NCBI GenBank assembly: GCA_963804995.1
Contig: CAWDSK010000005.1
Coordinates: forward strand, 544,001 to 608,000
DNA from: an uncultured Acidobacteriota bacterium
GTDB taxonomy: Bacteria > Acidobacteriota > Terriglobia > UBA7540
DNA: 64,000 bases
Direction: 5' to 3'
A program made the position numbers and the translations under genes. Below the pieces are notes generated by a model, which saw only the letters and a program-made list of their open reading frames with translations, was not told where the DNA came from and made no database searches. Positions within the stretch are counted from its first letter, which is position 1; each line of letters opens with the position of its first letter. This document shows, one piece after another, positions 60,857 to 64,000 of this stretch.

Positions 60857-62086
60857 ATGATTTCGCGCAGACAATTATTGAGTATGGGCGCCGCGGGATT
60901 AATCCTGCCTTGCAACTCGCGCGCGGCAAGCGGCAACTCTCACTTCTCCGAGGTCGAGCGGCGCATTGCCCACCACGACTTCCGCGGCCTCACCAAGGAG
61001 GACTTGGCCACCCCTTGCCTGATTCTTGAAGAGGCGCTTTTCAAAAAGAATCTTGAAACGATGGCTGCCAGCAACCAAGCCTTAGGCATCAAGCTGCGCG
61101 CCCACCTGAAGGTCCACAAGTGTCCTCAGATTGCCAAACAGCAACTCGCGCTGGGCGCCATCGGGATTTGCTGCGCCACCACCGCCGAGTGTGAGCTCAT
61201 GATGAACGCCGGAATTCATGGAGTCTTCCACTCCTGTCAGCCGGCGGGCCGGAACCAGGTCGCACGAGCCGTGGCTCTGGCGCGCCGCGACCGTACGTTT
61301 ATTGGCGTGCTGGACAACCCGCTCACGGTGGATACCCTGGAGCAGGCGTTGGCTGCGGCTCGCGTGCAGATGAGAGTTTGCGTAGACATTTTCGCAGGCA
61401 TGACGCGCCAGGGGTCGGAACCGGGTGAGCCCGCCCTGCGCCTGGCACAGAAGGTCGATCAGTCGAAACAACTCAAGCTGGTCGGCCTGATGAGCTACTC
61501 GGGCGAAGCCTCCCACACCCACGGGTGGGAGACCCGCCGCAAAAAGTCTGAGGAGCACTTGGCAGGCGCGGTCGCAACCGAGGCGCTCTGCCGAAAATCC
61601 GGGCTGCCCATCGAAATCCGAGCCGGTGGCAGCACCGGAACATACAACATCGACAAGGCGAATGGCCTCACGGAACTCCAGGCCGGCTCCTACGTTTTCA
61701 TGGACACCATCTACCGCAAGATTGGCGGGAAGGCTGACCCGAGCGTTTACACTGATTTCGAACCGGCTCTCACCGTAATGACCACTGTCATCAGCAAGAC
61801 TCATTCCAACCAGTGCGCCGTTGATTACGGCAACAAAGCCACGCTCCGTACCACGGACGAGGTTAAGGGCCGGCCGGGCGTGCGGGTCGAGTCGGGCGGC
61901 GCCGAATACGGCATCTTGCTGTGGAACGAGGGTGATCGCGACATCAAGCTGGGCGAGCTGGTTGAGATCTACCCCTCGAACCTCAACACCAGCGTCAACG
62001 CCTTCGATCGCATCTATGTGGCCCGTGGCGATTCCATCGTCGACGTGTGGCCCATCATGGGCCGCAGCGGTTCCCCGCAACGCTGA
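60857..62086 (+). CDS. DSD1/D-threonine aldolase-like PLP enzyme (fold type III) with Tat-like signal
   Basis: TPCL, LRAHLKVHK, GGSTGT, ELQAGSYVFMD and ALTVMTTVIS motifs; ISRRQLL N-terminus. Confidence 0.88.
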   Translation: MISRRQLLSMGAAGLILPCNSRAASGNSHFSEVERRIAHHDFRGLTKEDLATPCLILEEALFKKNLETMAASNQALGIKLRAHLKVHKCPQIAKQQLALGAIGICCATTAECELMMNAGIHGVFHSCQPAGRNQVARAVALARRDRTFIGVLDNPLTVDTLEQALAAARVQMRVCVDIFAGMTRQGSEPGEPALRLAQKVDQSKQLKLVGLMSYSGEASHTHGWETRRKKSEEHLAGAVATEALCRKSGLPIEIRAGGSTGTYNIDKANGLTELQAGSYVFMDTIYRKIGGKADPSVYTDFEPALTVMTTVISKTHSNQCAVDYGNKATLRTTDEVKGRPGVRVESGGAEYGILLWNEGDRDIKLGELVEIYPSNLNTSVNAFDRIYVARGDSIVDVWPIMGRSGSPQR

Positions 62087-62190
62087 TGCGATATCGCTTT
62101 TAAGCTGGGAACGAACCTGCGTCGCATGGCGCGAAGTCCTTTAGCGCACCAGAGTCAGGCGCAGTTTGTTCTAATCTGCGCCAGCCGGCG

Positions 62191-62316
62191 GGAGCACAGG
62201 CACTCCTGCCTGTGAATGCGGCGCGAGGTTCGAGCCTAACGACACAGCCAGGAGTGGCTGTGCTGCAACTACGGCACTAAACCGCAGATCTGGGCGCGCT
62301 CTGCGCCAACCCACCC
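62191..62316. repeat. REPIN copy 3
   Basis: Same consensus; tail most similar to copy 1. Confidence 0.85.
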
Positions 62317-62333
62317 GTCGTTTGCCTGAGAGA

Positions 62334-62379
62334 TTGACGGGGGGCGCGCATTCGTTTATATTCGTTATGTATACAAATG
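62334..62379 (+). promoter_or_regulatory. TA promoter/operator
   Basis: TTGACG-17 nt-TATATT followed by a TGTATACA-centred palindrome. Confidence 0.65.
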
Positions 62380-62392
62380 ACGGAGCATGATC

Positions 62393-62641
62393 ATGGCTAA
62401 AACACTGACCATGCGGCTGGACGAAAAAACCTATGAGACTTTTGTCCGAGCCGCCCAAGCCGAACGGCGGTCGCTCTCGAACCTGGTTGAAACCGCGGCG
62501 CTGCGGCAGATCCAGGAAAGCCACTTCGTTGACAACGCGGAGATGGCGGAGATCGTCTCACGGCCTGGGCTCGTGAAGCGTCTCAAGGCGGGTTCCCGGG
62601 ATGCCCAAAGGCGAAGAGGCAGGTTCGTTCCAGCCGTTTAG
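62393..62641 (+). CDS. CopG/RHH-type antitoxin
   Basis: KTLTMRLDE..AAQAERRSLSNLVE motif. Confidence 0.85.
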   Translation: MAKTLTMRLDEKTYETFVRAAQAERRSLSNLVETAALRQIQESHFVDNAEMAEIVSRPGLVKRLKAGSRDAQRRRGRFVPAV

Positions 62642-62909
62642 AGTATTCGAAACGCGGCGCTTCCTCGCCGATCTCGCCATCCTGGGAAGCGTTGCACAGA
62701 AGCGGCTTGAAGCCAAGCTGCGTGATTACGTTTACCCCATACTTCGCCAAGCCCCTCACTCCGGCTCGAATATCAAGCGACTGAAGAATTGGGACCCACC
62801 GACTTGGCGCTACCGAGTGGGAGATTGGCGCTTCTTTTACGAGATCGACGAGAGACAGCGCATCGTTTTCATGATCGCCGCCGATCACCGCAAAGAAGCC
62901 TATCGCTGA
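62601..62909 (+). CDS. RelE/ParE-family toxin (true start uncertain)
   Basis: FRVFET..F, NIKRLK, TWRYRVGDWRFFYEID and HRKEAYR motifs. Confidence 0.88.
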   Translation: MPKGEEAGSFQPFRVFETRRFLADLAILGSVAQKRLEAKLRDYVYPILRQAPHSGSNIKRLKNWDPPTWRYRVGDWRFFYEIDERQRIVFMIAADHRKEAYR

Positions 62910-62924
62910 GGCCACAACTGCGCG

Positions 62925-63072
62925 GTAGCACAGGCACTCCTGCCTGTGACTGCGGGGCGAAGTTCGAGCGCGCCGAAACAGCCAGGAGTGGCTGTGCCGC
63001 AGCCAGGGTTTGCCGGGAAGCGGACCGGCTGGCTGGCAAATCGCAGGGCTGGGTTCGCTGTGCGCCACCCGG
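62925..63072. repeat. REPIN copy 4
   Basis: Same consensus; tail most similar to copy 2. Confidence 0.85.
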
Positions 63073-63160
63073 CTGAAGTCACACCCGACCAACGAAGAGC
63101 CGCAGAGTCTCGGAAGGCACGCCGCTCTGCGCTGCTCCTCGTTACCTGCTGAGTTGTAAG

Positions 63161-63178
63161 TATACCCATTTGGATATA
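63161..63178 (+). promoter_or_regulatory. Putative operator of the HigBA-like pair
   Basis: TATACCCA-TT-TGGATATA imperfect palindrome upstream of the toxin start. Confidence 0.55.
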
Positions 63179-63191
63179 TTATGGGAAACGC

Positions 63192-63560
63192 ATGGAGGAA
63201 TCCCCCAAGCTTAGGCGCCTGCATTGGGTAGGGAGCAGCAAGAAGGACTTGCTGGCGCTCCCTGAAGACGTAATTGATGTTTTCGGTTATGCCCTTTACC
63301 TGGCACAAATCGGCAGAAAACATTCCCAAGCCAAGCCGCTGAAGGGATTTGGGTCGGCCGGCGTATTAGAGATCGTAGAGGACTGGGAGGGGAGCACCTA
63401 TCGAGCCGCGTATACCGTGCGTTTTGATCGTGCTATCTACGTCCTTCATGTATTTCAGAAGAAAGCCAAACGCGGCATTGCCACGCCCAAGTCCGATCTG
63501 GATTTAATCCGGCGCCGACTGAAGGTCGCCGAGCTGGCTGCCAAGGAGTTGGAATCATGA
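63192..63560 (+). CDS. HigB-like RelE-superfamily toxin (Gp49/DUF891 type)
   Basis: WVGSSKKDL..P, GYALYLAQ.G, KPLKGFG..GVLEI, TYR and YVLHVFQKK motifs. Confidence 0.9.
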   Translation: MEESPKLRRLHWVGSSKKDLLALPEDVIDVFGYALYLAQIGRKHSQAKPLKGFGSAGVLEIVEDWEGSTYRAAYTVRFDRAIYVLHVFQKKAKRGIATPKSDLDLIRRRLKVAELAAKELES

Positions 63561-63910
63561 AAAGGCAAAGAAACATCGGAGACGTTGGTGTCCAGGAGGG
63601 CAGTGGGAATGTTTACGCTGACTTGGGCTACTCCGATTCTGAGGACATGGCCGTGAAAGCGCAACTGGTCACCAAGATTGCCGACATCATCCGCGAGCGT
63701 GGCCTCACCCAAGAGGAAGCGGCAAAGGTCTTGCGCTTGACCCAACCCAAGATTTCGAAGCTACTCAAAGGGCAGTTTCGGGGAATTTCAGAGCGCCGCT
63801 TGCTCCGCTGCCTGACAAAACTCGGGAGGGACGTCGAGATCGTCGTGAAACCGGCCCCGCGACGGCGCCCTGGCAGGTTGACACTTCTCTTCGCCGCAAC
63901 CGCTCGATGA
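63557..63910 (+). CDS. HigA-like XRE/HTH antitoxin
   Basis: GSGNVYADLG, KAQL, GLTQEEAAKVLRLTQPKISKL and LGRDVEI motifs; ATGA overlap with the toxin. Confidence 0.9.
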   Translation: MKRQRNIGDVGVQEGSGNVYADLGYSDSEDMAVKAQLVTKIADIIRERGLTQEEAAKVLRLTQPKISKLLKGQFRGISERRLLRCLTKLGRDVEIVVKPAPRRRPGRLTLLFAATAR

Positions 63911-64000
63911 GTGAGCGGCTTTCCTGGGTCGCGAGGAGCGGACCGCTGTTGGGGCAGGCTGGCGCAGACCCCAAAAGGCGCGGTCCTGCGCCAGCCTGCG

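Noticed and set aside
59637..63072. Classical integron
   Set aside because: Repeats lack RYYYAAC/GTTRRRY ends and no integrase is present; kept only as a REPIN-based analogue.
1..64000. tRNA/rRNA genes, prophage, retron or other defence enzymes
   Set aside because: None recognised by eye; covariance-model and HMM scans would be needed to exclude them formally.

Overview
GC-rich bacterial chromosomal segment, most likely Acidobacteriota (Terriglobia-like). The lineage inference rests on the PadR plus duplicated-permease (ADOP-type) pair, many Tat-exported hydrolases, and DUF4838/ThuA/ceramidase-like genes. No rRNA, tRNA, CRISPR-Cas or phage structural genes were seen. Coding content is mostly secreted carbohydrate- and peptide-degrading enzymes: two tandem PL8 lyases, an atypical GH3, a six-hairpin glycosidase, an M1 aminopeptidase, sugar epimerases and oxidoreductases, and an HGSNAT-like acetyltransferase. 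Intergenic DNA is dense with mobile and palindromic elements: several REP/REPIN classes, a truncated RAYT (TnpA-REP) transposase, three copies of a ~211-bp CTAG-bounded MITE (one carrying a nested 191-bp TTAA-flanked MITE) and an intact IS5-family element. There are seven intact or decayed type II toxin-antitoxin modules, nearly all next to these repeats. Notable items not in the ORF track: (1) a 43-aa double-glycine-leader peptide gene, recoverable only by excising the IS5; (2) a cassette-like array at 59.6-63.9 kb where single genes or TA pairs alternate with four direct-oriented REPINs; (3) a 246-bp direct-repeat-bounded cassette with two antitoxins whose toxins are dead; (4) an AT-rich cluster of five 34-36-bp motifs, four of them CTAA...GTTAG-bounded. 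Many small frameshifts in otherwise intact genes suggest indel sequencing errors. All calls come from reading the sequence; no searches were run.
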